The translations under genes and the position numbers were made by a program. A stretch of DNA of 61,775 nucleotides, filler included, from Choristocarpus tenellus KU-1152 (Eukaryota > Protista > Phaeophyceae), in the NCBI GenBank assembly GCA_964200185.2. It is 11 parts of 11 records of this genome, joined end to end, with 100 filler letters (N's around TTAATTAATTAA, not from the genome) between each part and the next. Parts side by side here need not be neighbours in the genome. Positions count along the whole stretch, not along the records: positions 34,711 to 43,488 come from CAXNAD020004341.1; positions 43,589 to 47,227 come from CAXNAD020018802.1; positions 47,328 to 53,540 come from CAXNAD020008669.1; 8 more parts are not named here. One strand, 5' to 3'. This document shows, in pieces, positions 37,521-50,657 of this stretch. The notes beneath the pieces were generated by a model. The model was given only the letters and a program-made list of their open reading frames with translations, made no database searches and was not told the DNA's origin. The number at the start of each line of letters is the position of its first letter. Position 1 is the first letter of the stretch.

Positions 37521-40151
37521 AGAGTAGCAAGGATTTGGTGTAAACAGGACAAGAGGTACAAGAGGTGAACTAGGGTAGACATCAACCTAATGGAGAGGTA
37601 AAGGTCGGGCAGGTTAGATGTCCTCTTGTTCAAAGGTGCGGTATGGGATGGGAGGCGAAGATTAAGGGGCGTTCTGGGATATATGTGGAGTATTGTGGAA
37701 GAGTATAGAGTGTCATGGATGTAGGAAATAAGTTTTGGGATAATTGATGTGAGAGTGGATTCAATGAAAGGGGCTGTATTGTTCGTGATTGGATATCAGT
37801 GGCAAAGATTGGTTGCATTGATTGGTCGTTGAATACCAGTAGGGGAAATTGATCATACTGTTGATGACCGCATTGATTTGGTGACTGGAACCTCGTGGTA
37901 AAAAATGGTCGCATTTATTGGTCATTGTATACCAGTTGCAAAAACTGCCCGCGCTGGTTGATGACTGGACTGTACTGGCGACTGCAGGGATCTGTGGTGT
38001 AAATTAGCCACGCTGGTTGATAACTGTATTATTTTGTAATTGGCAACCAGTGGCGGCAATTGGCTGCACTGGTTGATGAGTGGTAAAACGGAAAGTGGCC
38101 TCAGATTTGATGTGGTAAGGAATGTGTGGTGTGACATTGGTTGAGGAAGAGGGGAGTGGATATTAGCCTAAGAGAGGGTAATAAAACGATCCAGAATTTG
38201 GGAGGAAAGTAAAACATCATATTTTTTTCAAGCCTGCATGAGGAATGACCCTGTCAAAATTTTGAAATCCCTCGACCAACCCTTTTAGACAACATTGTAC
38301 TGACTCAGGTCGTAGTCTGGCCCTGTCACAGTTACTTGACCCGGTTGGTGTAAAGCCCTGCTTCCTACTAACTGTTTCGCAGTATATATGTAACACTACC
38401 TATCGTATGCAGTATACCCCCCACCCCCTCCCCCCAAGTCACTAGAATAAACGTTTTATGTGTGTGTCCAGTCACTCAGTACATGGGACCCCATGGTGGT
38501 GAGCGTAAAATAATATTATGTCGCAGTATAAGCCATAAATTATTGATAATAATTGTGGAGAGTGGAATTTTTTTCCTCTTGTACATTGTGGAGAGTAGAT
38601 CCGAGGGACGCTGTTAAGAGGATCTTCCCAGATCACCCAGCCACTGTTCAGCTTTCTCTTTATCAGTCAGACCTTCGACCTGTTGTGTCAGTGATCTTCG
38701 TTGATCCTTGGTCTACATTAGGTGAACCTTAGCCGTCGGATTTTTGTTTCTGTTGATCCAGTTAAGTGTTAGACTCGAGCAGGATCTGGCCTGTCAGGAC
38801 ATACATTTTTTCTGACTTTGGCACATGCATCCTTCTCACCATGCAACTGCATGCGAATGTCGAGGGACTCTGTTTACACCAGGTGCCTGATTATTGTCAA
38901 TTCCTTCCCATCACTCTAGGCGAGCACCCTAACAAACAATCCAGTGACTGCCATCATTGTCACCCACATTCAGAGAACAAGCGTTTTGCATCTTTTCCCC
39001 CTGCACCTTTGCCATGGAAAGCTTGGGGCATCTCGACACAGCTAAATAATTTCTGGATGATGAGTTAGCAACTTGCGTGGTAAGGAGGTAGGAAAGTTCA
39101 GCAGGAAGGGAGTAGTGAAGGTTGTGTCCGCCACGGCCCACCAAGTAGCCACTATACACTTAAAGCTATCTAGGAGTTGTTTGAACTGTGAATATCATTA
39201 AATGTATATGCCCCTTACAAATTTTAAATACTAGACATATTTCTACACAACACAAAACTAGTTTTATAGTTTAGAAGGTGTCTGTTTTTTGTTTTCAAAT
39301 ATACATATCACTTCATTCATAACCATTGTGGGTATACAGTAAGACATATTTTCACCCCATTCCCCAATGACAACACCTGCAAAATGTCTGTGGGCAGAAA
39401 ATTGATCGGTTGATTGGTTATCATACATTAGCTCAGAGTATGATGAAGTGAGGTCGAACGAAGAGGCAATTGATAAATACTGTCAAGGAGAATGAAGCAA
39501 TACACATCATATTCAAACCCGTGGTCAGGCAATGCAAAAGAGCAATGCAATATAGTGTCTATGTGCCAAAAAAGAAAGATCGATAAGTCAAGTCCACACA
39601 GAGAAGAAAATAACAGAAGGGAAAGTACTGTTCAAGTATCAGCTCCAGTATCAAGGATCATAATTGGTTCAAGAAGGGATACCTATTATCCACATGCGCT
39701 TTAGATCTCCAAGTACGTTAAAAGTCCTTACACCTCTTAGATAAAACCTCATACCATTAACACCAACGAGAATATTCTAGGCTAGGCAAACCATCAAATT
39801 CCCTATTTCCCTATAGAATAGAAAGGGAAGAAGCTCAGCAGACATCATACATAGAGGTCAGAAAATATTATGCCCAATATGCAATAAAATGACCACACTT
39901 TCATATTATTTTTTGAAACTGTATTACACAACCACGAAACGGTGATGCGGACTGGAGACGCGCGTCACCCATCGGACATCCGGTGGGCATGACCGCTGCT
40001 CTTCGGCAGCACCTTCTCCTTGTCCTTGTTCTGTATTTTAGATGATGAATGAGAGGCCATTATTAATTATACTTGCGTGTATGCGTGCACGCTATTATTG
40101 TCTTGCCTCTCTACTGCTCCTTCTGAAGGAGAGGTGTAACACGGGTCGTAG

Positions 40152-42972
40152 ATGGCGTACCCTGGGACTCTGCTGGCTTTGGTGGCCAGAGATAGACATG
40201 ACTGGTCATTCACTAACCAGGCGGTAGAAATTGCTGTCAACAGTGTACATCAGGGCAATGACAGCAGAGATGAAGAGGAGCATCCTAAGAGACACCGCGA
40301 AGTCACTCGCTCGAACCACCAGCAGCTATCTACGCTCTACGAGGCAGGCGTGCCTACGGAATTGGTCCGACGGTCGGCATATCGTTCCCGGCAGCACAAG
40401 AAAGGGGGTGTTGAGGGACGGGTATTGGGTCAAGATGAAAGCGACGCGAGTGGTCTGATAACCACTCGGCGAAATGACAAAGTTTGGAAAAGTCCTTTCA
40501 AGGGAGGAGGGGTAGCCCCCCCTCACACTGGAGCCAAGGTGTGGCGAATAGATCCCCTTGAATATGGAAAGAGAATGGACACCGGTGGATTTCTCAACGA
40601 AAGCAGGGGTACTGAGGCTGAAGCGTCACTGCCTTGCACGCGCAAGCGAGGTAGCGATGATGTCTTTCTGAGGGATATTCATGTCCAGCATCAAGTAAGT
40701 TTTGTCGGCGATTTATGTTTCATAACCTTTGTTTCGGGAAAATTGGGGTTATGGGTTCCCTTGAAGGGTAGCCAATTACCTGTGTTGTCCTATTTTAGTA
40801 GTTGTGTGGAAAAGAAATGTGTGCGGTATATTACTCTCAAATACATATAAGATGTATTGATCACTCTCTAGAGCTCTTAATGGCTTTCCACCTGTCTTTC
40901 CACCAATTGTTTTTTGCATCTGGTTGGATGTATTATTCAGGCAGCAACGGAACGTGCAATGAACCGCTTACTATCTTTGGGGGAAACAGACATTCAATGT
41001 CTAAGTGCACTTCAGGTTGCGCTGCTAAGGCCAGAATGGCATGAGTGCAAACATCAGGAACGGGTCAAGAGGTTGGAACAGGAGGTTTCATCAAAGTGAG
41101 TTTCAATTAGCAACAATGCATCCAGGGGGTCCAGGTCAATGGGGAATGTTGACAAACCAATTCATGTTGTATCGCAAGGTTAGAGGTTCGTTGTGTCTCC
41201 CTTAAGGACTCTGGAGCACCAAGCATTGTATCCTTGCTCTGATGTATGTTGTAGTCTTTTCTTGATCTAAAATGTTGTATGTAATTGTAGCAACAATAGG
41301 AGTATGGATCAGGCATTACACTGGAAGTACTACTCAGATACCATAATAATATGTTACTGTTATTGATCTTACAACTTGTTTATTATATAGTACATAGGTC
41401 TTACTGCAACAACCTATATGCATTGCTATACTAGCTGCAGTCGTCTGTGTATTCCCCACAACATTTTGGTATAGAAAACAACTTAGAAACATGGGGGGGG
41501 GAGGGGGGGGGGAACAAGCATGTCAAGAGGCGCAACACATGCCTAATGTATTGTGCTCTAGAGTACATCTCATAGTTTATTCAATTTCACATGAGATACC
41601 TACGTTTTGCTCTCTCTCTCTACACAATATAGGGAACGTCAGCACACCTAGGCAATATAGGGGATACTGTGTATATTGTATATAATTTTGCTCACTGTGA
41701 AAGCCTAACCCTGTCTGCACCCTTGCAGCAGGCATCAGTGGAACCCTTGGTGGGTCCAGAAATGTCACTGTGCCACATGTACTATCCTGCTGTTCAAAAA
41801 AATACTAATCTGGATCAGGGTCAAAATGTTTTAAGAGCTTTTCATTATCACCCACTACCCATGTTCCCCTTCACCACTCTGTACCTAGCCCCCTCTCCAC
41901 TTTAACTATTCCTTGATCAAAGTAGCTTCAAGCCCAACCGATTGCTTGTGTGTACAGGCTATAGCCTCCATCTTACCCTCCTGAAAACCAGCATACCATG
42001 TGTTGACCAAGGAGTTCCTGTGCACCACATGTGGACCATCCCAGTTTCATCACTTAGTGAGCCAAATTAGACGTGAGGTACCCAGGCTTTAGCCGTTTAG
42101 CATTTTATGTTACTTTTTCAGTTCACTGTTATTTCTGTGGATGAAATACTAAGGTTGACTTGAGAGCGCTGATTTCTCTGTTGTTTAGTTTTTTTTACAG
42201 AATACAGAAAATTCCCCACACGCATTAAAAAAAAAATGAAACTTGCATATTTTTGTCAGCATCCTTAAAATGCAACCCTGGGTATCTCTTGTTACTTTGA
42301 CTCAGTACTCAGTCCCGTTATTGTCAGCAGCTTCCCCTCTCCAATCTTTGTCAGGGTGGTCTTCCAGTCCCTTCCTCACAGGTGGATATAGCAGATCTGT
42401 GCAACACACACAAAACGACCTCCCACTCAACCCTCCATTCATGCTTCACCATGTAGTGCCAGTGCCCTCCATACCCAAAATAGAACCACAAGTCACCCTT
42501 CCAACCATACACTAGATAAAACACTGGGTGTGTCTCCCTATGAAGCTCTACTCAGAAACAGAAGAACAAGCAGCAGTTCCTTGTGGTAGCATTCACAGTG
42601 ACATGTGTGCATGCCTACCATTCTATCAGGTTGTTTGAGGAGGCGATCAGGAAACGCAAGGAAGCAATGCGCCAACACTCTTCCTGGCTCATGTCTGGTG
42701 CAGCTTTTCCTCTACAGCAACTGAAAAATACAGTAAACAAAAAGAAACCAAAGGGCAAGGCCACAAAGTTTCCATCCAAGAGAAATTGGAGAGGAGGAAA
42801 AGCTTGTTCCACACAAGATACTGTATCCAGATTGTCATGGAAAGACTTGTATGCTGAACAGAAGGCTGATCACCTGAAACTTCCTACATTCCCACATAAT
42901 CCATACAGGGACATTATGAAACCAAGGTGTACAATTGGACTTTATGCTTTGCCTGAACTATTCATTGGATAA
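40152..42972 (+). CDS. Hypothetical protein, at least 3 exons (40152-40694, 40941-41095, 42630-42926/42972)
   Basis: Canonical junctions CAA|GTAAGT, TTCAG|GCA, AA|GTGAGT and ATCAG|G keep one open frame (...DIHVQHQ|AATERAMNRLLSLG...LEQEVSSK|LFEEAIRKRKEAMRQH...). No known domain recognised. Confidence 0.6.
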
Positions 42973-43419
42973 CCTAGAGCAACCGGAGGGACACACTACA
43001 GCAACAAGTCTGGAGCCAGCTGAAAAAATACATGATGGAGATTTGTTCTAACCAGTCGATCTTTCAATTTTCCTGCCCATTGGTTTGCTTCTTGTTAACG
43101 TTTTCTGCATTCAGAACCCAGATCAAGAGTGCCAAAGGGCTAAGCCCTACTTGTAGGGTCAGAGGAGTGAGAGGCGGTTGCCTAACCCTGGTTGAAAAGG
43201 GGGGCCGCGGGACTGCAACATGCCCAGCACTAAATCCGTCCCGTATGGACCTTGTATGTGTCAGAGCATCAGCCGAGAAGATCTATCTTCTAAGGCATGG
43301 TATGAGGGGACTTACTGGATTGTGTAAAGTTTGAGGGAATAAATTGATTTCTCCTTGCACCACTAAAAACCAGAGCAAACTGTCTTTATTTTCTATCGAA
43401 TAATACTGTTGGTGTGTAT

Positions 43420-43488
43420 GAGTGAAAGTATCTTAGAGGGTACGAGTTTTGCCCTGTTTGTCTATTTGGGGCTTGGCTTCCCGTGGGG
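43420..43488 (+). mobile_element. MITE family A 5' part (contig end)
   Basis: GAGTGAAAGTATCTTAGAGGGTACGAGTTTTGCCCTG. Confidence 0.85.
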
Positions 43489-43639
43489 NNNNNNNNNNNN
43501 NNNNNNNNNNNNNNNNNNNNNNNNNNNNNNNNTTAATTAATTAANNNNNNNNNNNNNNNNNNNNNNNNNNNNNNNNNNNNNNNNNNNNGAAAAAAGGGTG
43601 AAAAACGGACGCCGACACCCCCCCCAGATACTTTGACCC

Positions 43640-46600
43640 ATCATCAGGATATTGGAATATAGAGACTTGAAGAAACATTTAAGGAAATGTTTCTATCAGT
43701 AATCTACCGGAAATATTTCTATCGGTTATTTACTGGAAATATTTCTACTGGTAGTCTACCGAAATTGTGATTAGGGACACTAGGAACTACCTCCCCTTTG
43801 TGGGTAGGTCTCACTCTTCGCTGTAACTTAATAAAAGCACATTCTATATCATATCTTCTTGGTAAAGCCCCACGCATTTTGGGAGTGCGAACAAGGTATG
43901 CCTAGATCAGTTCAATAGTGATGTGGGTAAGTTGGAACTGGGACCCATTAAAACCTGTTAGAGTTAAGTTCTCTTTGAACTCATGGTCTAATCAACCAGA
44001 AGTAATAGATACTCCGGAGTATATCCCGCTGCAGCACTATTGAGGTGATTGACAATTTCTTTTGTTTAATTTACCTATAACAATCGGCTTGGTGGGCGTG
44101 ATGTTCGTGGATAGTGCTGCTGATACACTATAGACACCATCAGTGGAGTAGATGAGAGGGTGGAGAGCCAGTGATAGATATGCCATGTGTACTTACGTGG
44201 AAAGGCTTCATGTGGGAAGCATGAACATTCCGCGTGCGTGTTTGCCTACCCAGTAATTCGACTGTCATGCTACTACTCTGACGTGAAACTCCCTTTATAG
44301 TCCACGGTTCTGTCCATCTTTCATGGACTAGCTTCCTGCCCACTCTTGTCTCACCTAGTCTTTCCCCATGGATAGAGCTATCTGCTTCTTTCACTAAAAC
44401 TAGGTCACCTGGTTTGGTTCCTAGTCCTGGAGAAGACCTGGTAATTAAAGCGTTGGCTCTCTCTCTCTGTGCTTCTGTCTTGCAGACATCCATCTCTCCA
44501 GGATCTCTCATACCTCTCTGAAGTTCTGTCTGCGCTGCTCAATAAAGGAATCCAATCCTCCAACCTCGATGTCTCCGTCCAACTTGGGTATTAGGGCGTT
44601 TAGCTGTGTGCGAGGATCACGCCCAAACAAACGTCGGAAGGGAATGGGGTCAAGGGGGTCAGATGGATCTGGAGTAGTTCGTTGTGCCCAACATGCCGGA
44701 TATACATACTCGTCCCATCTGTCTGGCCACTTCACACATAGTTCCGACAGGACCTCTAAAAGCAATCCCCCCATTTTTTCTACTCCCCCTTGTCCTCTCG
44801 AGTTGCTAGTGGGTCCGTAATTGATAGGGATCTTCAGCCATCGACAAAGGTGGTTCATTATGTCTCCTGTGAACTCCCCTCCTGCATCACTACGAATAGA
44901 AAAAGGGAACCCAAATGTAAGGCATAATTCCAACACGTTTATTGCTACTCCAGTTGCTTCCTTCGACACCATTGGGAATGCAAAAGGGAATCTCGAAGCC
45001 CTATCAATCGCAATTAACAGATACTTGTTGCCATTTGCTGAGATGTGCCCCACATCTTGTAGATCCATCTCAAGTACATCCCATGGTTCCAGGAATTTGG
45101 CTGGTAGCATTGCCACTTGTGTGCTCCTCGTTCTCTTCCGCCAGCGGCAGTCACAGGATAAAACATAATCCTCTATATCTTTGTGGAGTGAGGGTCAAAA
45201 GAAGTATCGACGGGTTAGGGCTACTGTCGTCCTACTCCCTAGTGGCTAGTCTGCATATATACTAGTGCATGCGAACAAGGTTTCTTTATTCTATTTGTGC
45301 AGCTAGGTCTACATGAGATTTATTATTTTTTGCTACTACCATCAGACCAGAGGTTGTTTTATCTAGTCGATGAACTATACCAGGCCTAATTTCTCCACCA
45401 ATATCTGATAAATTCTCACTATGATATAGAAGCGCATTCACCAGAGTATCATTGTGAACGAGGAACTGCTAACCTAGGTATATACTCTCCAGGGGTATAC
45501 CAGAGTAACTCCTTGTCATCTAGGGAATATGACTCTACATCCATTCTCCCTTTTTCCCACTCGAGTGACTACTTCCAGTGTTATTGGCCCTCGAGTACAC
45601 CCCGCATGCTGCCCAAGAAGGAGTCTTTCTTCTGTCTCTCTCCACTAGCTCTGTTATGTTTGAGAGAGTGGTCATTGCTCTCTTGAGAGTGGGGTGGTGT
45701 TGAACCATTTCACTCATTCGGACTGTTCTGTCACTACCCTTTTTGTTCGTGGGCCTTGGTGTACTTTTGCGTTTTCTCTTGCATGGTGGCTTCTCTTCTC
45801 CGGCTGTTCCCTTTGTTTCTACCCTGTCTTCGGGGGTAGGGTCTAAAGGTTGCCAGCCAAAAGTGTTAGTGGCGTTAAGCTGGGGAAGAGGGTGCTGTAA
45901 GACGAGTGCCTGGTCTACGCTAGGTGTAGCCAACCTCCAACGACTAAGTTGTGACTATCAGGTTCCGTGTGGCAATTTTGTAATGCTGACAGTATTCCTG
46001 ATAATGTGGTATCAACTGTTCCCTGAAGTAACATGTGTGCTGCCCCTAGACTCGTTTCCTCATGTGAGAGAGAAGTACATTTTAGTTCTAAATCTACCCA
46101 CGCACAGAGCAAGGGGACATTGTGGAATTACCTGAGTTTAGATCTGATGCACCTAAATCCTGCAAACAGACACCATCTAAGACGGACCCTCTTGGTCCAG
46201 TGTAGCTCTTGCTACAAGCTACTGACGGATCGTCAGGAAAATAATCGGCGATATCCAAACCTGATGCCGTTGGTAGAGGGAGTCGTGATATAGTCCGTCT
46301 GGTAGTTGGTGTTTCCGCCACTTTAGTTCCATGCCATGGTCCATGAGGCGGAGGGCCCACCTGTGGAGCTTGGGGCTAAGTTCATGACTCTTAAAGAGCC
46401 AGGTCAGTGCTGAACAGTCAGTGATTAGAGTGAATTTCCTACCCCAGATGTAGGAACGGAAGTGTTATAAAGCCCACTAGATAGCCATGCATTCCCTTTC
46501 AGTGGGTGCTCTTCTGCTGTCTGTTTTTGGACCATCTATGGCTAGCATATGCCATGACGTGTTCTAGGTTATCATCCTGCACCTGGGTCAGTGTTGCCCC

Positions 46601-47205
46601 CGCCCCTTCTTCACTAGCATCTGTATGGAGAAGGAACGACTTATCCCAACCAGGAAAGACTAGGATTGGTGAAGAAACCAAATGCACCTTGAGTTCTTCA
46701 AAGGCCTTCAGCTCTTCTGATCCCCAAGGGATACTCTTCTTCCTGTCTCTTTTGGGAGGCATACCCTTGTTTTCGTAGGATGCTAGTCAGTGGTGCAGCT
46801 ACTTGGCCATAGTTCAGAACAAACTGTCGCATGTATCCTGCCATGCCTAGGAAACTTATCAGCTGTTCTACTGTGGACGGGGGATCAAGTTTTGCTACTG
46901 CTATCATTTTGGATGGAGCAGGGCTCAAGCCATCTCTACCTACCTTTATTCCTACAAATTCCTGTGAGGGCATGCATCACAGGGACTTAAGGAAATTTCA
47001 CAGACAAACCGTATTGCAATTTTCTAGATCGTCTAGCCAGTTTTCTACACCATTCCTTTGAGATCTCCCAAGGCCTCTCTCGTGTAACTAGATAATACTG
47101 CAGGTAAGATTTCCAAGTCAAAGCCACACCAGTCATACTCCCAAAGTTGTCCATGAGCGTCGTGGAAGGCTGTCTTATGTTTGTCTACCTCTGCGATCTC
47201 TAACT
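43640..47205 (-). mobile_element. Degenerate Ty3/Gypsy LTR retrotransposon (RT C-term, RNase H, integrase, putative PPT/3' LTR remnant)
   Basis: RT motifs EIAEVDKHKTAF and SFLGMAGYMRQFV..Y..VAAPLT. RNase H motifs LHTDASEEGAGATL, TERECMAI, GRKFTLITDCSAL. Integrase core 44508-45116 (EMDLQD, IRSDAGGEFTG, GQGGVEKM). RT-RH-IN order is Gypsy-type. Purine tract AAAGGGGAGG at ~43790-43799 (minus strand). MITE-B ends at 43589-43639 and 47206-47227. Confidence 0.9.
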
Positions 47206-48123
47206 GGGTCAAAGTATCTGGGGGGGGNNNNNNNNNNNNNNNNNNNNNNNNNNNNNNNNNNNNNNNNNNNNTTAATTAATTAANNNNNNNNNNNNNNNNN
47301 NNNNNNNNNNNNNNNNNNNNNNNNNNNAAAATCCACTCAAGAAAAAGCGGAGACCTGTCGACAATACAAGTAGGAGGAGTGGAGGGGGGGGGGGGGTGTG
47401 GGGGGGGGGGGGGTAAGTGCGTGGAATAACTTGGTCGAGTTTTAAATTAGAAACAATTAAGCCCTAACCCCAAGTGGTGATGCGGAATGCGAGGGAAGAA
47501 ATTGAATACATGGGAATATGTGAATAATGTGTGTGCAAGTTTTCTGTGATGTACGTATTTGTTGTTGAGGTGGATGAGGTTGGGCAACTATATTCTTCCT
47601 AACTTCACCCAGAAATGGGGCCGATTTCATGAAAGGTAGATATTCTTGACCATGTTAGACGGGCCATTTTATACATAGTTTTGGCTCAGCTGCCAATATA
47701 GTAGTCGTTTAGGGCCTGCGACATCAAATTCAACAATCAAGCAGTGAATTCTCCTCCTATGGTTTGGAACAAAATGAAGAAATTTGCAAATGCAATACTT
47801 GAGAATACAATGACATTACTAGTGACTTGAACATGTTCCTGCTCGTGTGTGTGTGTGTATATATATATGGGTATTTAAAAAGAAAATGAACTGCATGAAT
47901 ACCTTTACTTGGTCGAGATAATCATAATTATAGTCTCCTCCTTTGACTAAATATCTAGTCAAGATTAAAGATACCTCAGAACAGCAAAAAACATGTTTAT
48001 GTACTCATCTCCTTTATGGGTACGAGCCATAACCTGAACCCTAATTCTCAAGTTTTTTCGACACTCCTTCATTACCCTTATCCAGTGTGCGAAAATAAGG
48101 AACAAGAGTCTTAATGCATGTAC

Positions 48124-49660
48124 CTTAACAAGGGCGGCATTGGCCTCGTGTAGGTACACTAGTGCACCACCTGCTCCCCCACCCTCATTCCTTGCCCCTT
48201 GCTCAAGTGCCCCCTTGAGGAAGTCGTTTTCAGCTCGCAACAGTTCTGCCTCGTCCGGACCCAAGCTGGAACTCACCTTTCCCTTGCTTTTCATCTGAAG
48301 GGAGAACAGAAGGCATCGTTGTTGGTATGGTAGGAGGAGGGGGAGGGTGTGTGCAGTGGTTGACTACCGGAAATATTAGACATCATCAACTGCCCCATCT
48401 CAAATTGGGCATTGTATGATCCAACGTATTCTCAAACATCTGTCCATTTCTTTTTAAAGAACACCTTGGCCACAAACTATCCTATCACTGCAGCTCAAAG
48501 GATTTGCGATAAATGAACAAATGAAGGGCGCTCTTATCGATCAGGGGGATCTTCCATTGATGGGTGCTCGGTCAGAAAGAGATAGGCCAATAAGAACGCA
48601 CTGGGAAAAGGTTGGTATTAGTAGGACCATGGGTGAATGAGTGCCTTTGGAGTACGTTGAATATTGTGAAGCCCACCTGAATTTGAGGACTGCCAGTTGC
48701 ATTTCCACTTGCGCGTGCCACCCACTTTAAGGCAGCGGTTTCCCCCGAGAGTCCTGGGGAACTGGGAACCGTGGGTTTCGGCGATAGGGTGATGGAGGGG
48801 GAGGCAGGGGCGCTCAACTCTTGAACCTCGGGGCCAGGACCTGGAGTGGGGTCAGCTCCCGCTTTCTTGTCTCTACTCTGTTCACATTCGGAGCAGACCC
48901 AAGGAATGGCAGCCTTCGGGCATCGAAATTTTGGCGGCCTCATGCAGGCAGCGTGGAAGTAACGCTTGCACTTGCTGCACTCGGCCTTGCCCTTCTTGCC
49001 AGCTTCACCACAACGACAACACACTGCTTGCGGTTTGCGGGTCCTTTTGGCGCTTGGTGACTTACCCTTGTCCGGTGTTCCGCTTGTCATAGAGATAGGG
49101 TGAGATGACGAGAGAGGGTCGGTCAACACTGGGGCCGTAACTACAGTCGAGACTGAGACTGGAGCACTGGCTGTGACCATAGGTAGAGCTCCAGATGAGG
49201 TTGGAAGCGTTGTTGGTGTTGGGATTGATGTCACCAGTGGAGTCGGGGTCGTAGCTGGAGTCGCAACAGGAGTCACAGTTTCGGTTGTATCCAACATCTT
49301 CTTCTTCTTCTTCTTTTTCGGTGCCAATGTTGGCGTTGTCGCTGGTTCCCCCACAACACCACCCTCCTCGCGATCTCTCTTGTTCGCGCCCTTTTCCACA
49401 TCTGCCTCATGATCATAGGATGTCTGAAGGGACTGCGCAGACCCTGTGGTGTTCGTTGAGCTTGTCAAATTGACCTTCTCTACCTTCCCCTTCGACTTCT
49501 TCTTTGAGATTTTTAGTGTGTTGGAGCCTTTTGCACCCACCTCATAGACTCCACCACTATTCTCAACACCCTCTCCCACTCTGTTGGCAATATGCTTGTC
49601 AGACTTCTTCTTCTTTTTCTTACGTGGGGGATCAACTTGGGATGAACGGGGTGAGGACAT
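48124..49660 (-). CDS. PHD-finger protein with poly-Lys NLS-like tracts (5' exons 49660-48677, 48294-48124; 3' end not in contig)
   Basis: C4HC3 pattern VCCRCGEAGKKGKAECSKCKRYFHAACMRPP...PWVCSEC. Phase-0 junctions CAG|GTGGGC, CAG|ATG and AAG|GTA. Confidence 0.8.
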
Positions 49661-50657
49661 TTCTCTGGCGGTAGAGTTGATGACAGACGAAAAACTGCCC
49701 TACTTGGACTTTCCAATACGTTTGCTTTGTTGTCCCTTGTACTTGGACAACTTCAAACCATTGCTTCAAACAAATCGATGAGAGGAACTTGCTCTAGAGT
49801 CAGCGCACAGAGATCTTAGTCGCACGAAAATACCTAACCGTTATTCTGGAAAATATCGATGTATCGATATATCTCGATTTTTCTCCCTCATAATTCATCC
49901 CTTTTACGGTTATTTCTTGTACCGTCATATACTCTCAATTCGGTCCAACAACTACAAGAAATGCTTTGAGGAACAAGGTCTCTTCTCTGCATCTACTCCA
50001 TAACTAGGCGTGAGATACTTGTTGGTGTCAACATCATTGGTTCTGAAAAGTTGAGACTGAGAATAGGTAAACCGAATAGACCAACGACTGCCTAAATTGT
50101 GGTCAGTGTGCAACAAAAGTGCACTAGTTGCACCTTCATTTGGAGACTGTAACTCAACCAGTGGGGAGACGGTCAGGCATCTGACTTAACTCCTGATCAA
50201 ACATGGCAAGTCAGTTGCGCGTCGGAATGACCAGGGCTGCTGATTCTGTAGGTAAGATTGAGTTGATAGAATGCTAGATGTTGTAAGCAAGTCCTCGTAG
50301 CATGGTACAGCGGGCAACGCTGGATGTCCTTAGTCTCTCAACCTACTTTCACTACGTACCACTCTTCCTCTGTTCTTGAGATTTCGTATTCAGCCTCCTA
50401 GGCTGTTATATGTCAAGGGGTGGTGAAGGAACAAGGTGTCTGTGAGTTTTTTCAAGGCAGTCTGTGGTTCTTAGGTGCTCAATCTTCGGGGACTGTGGTT
50501 CGACTTGCGCAACCCCATGTTTTCATTTTTTCAGATCGCCTGAAAACCGATCCACCCATAGGGTGACACATGACGCGATCTACCCAAGGGGATTGAGAAC
50601 TATATTTTCCTGATAAATCGTAAGCCGTGACGCCTACCTTGTGTTCCTCGCCGTCTC

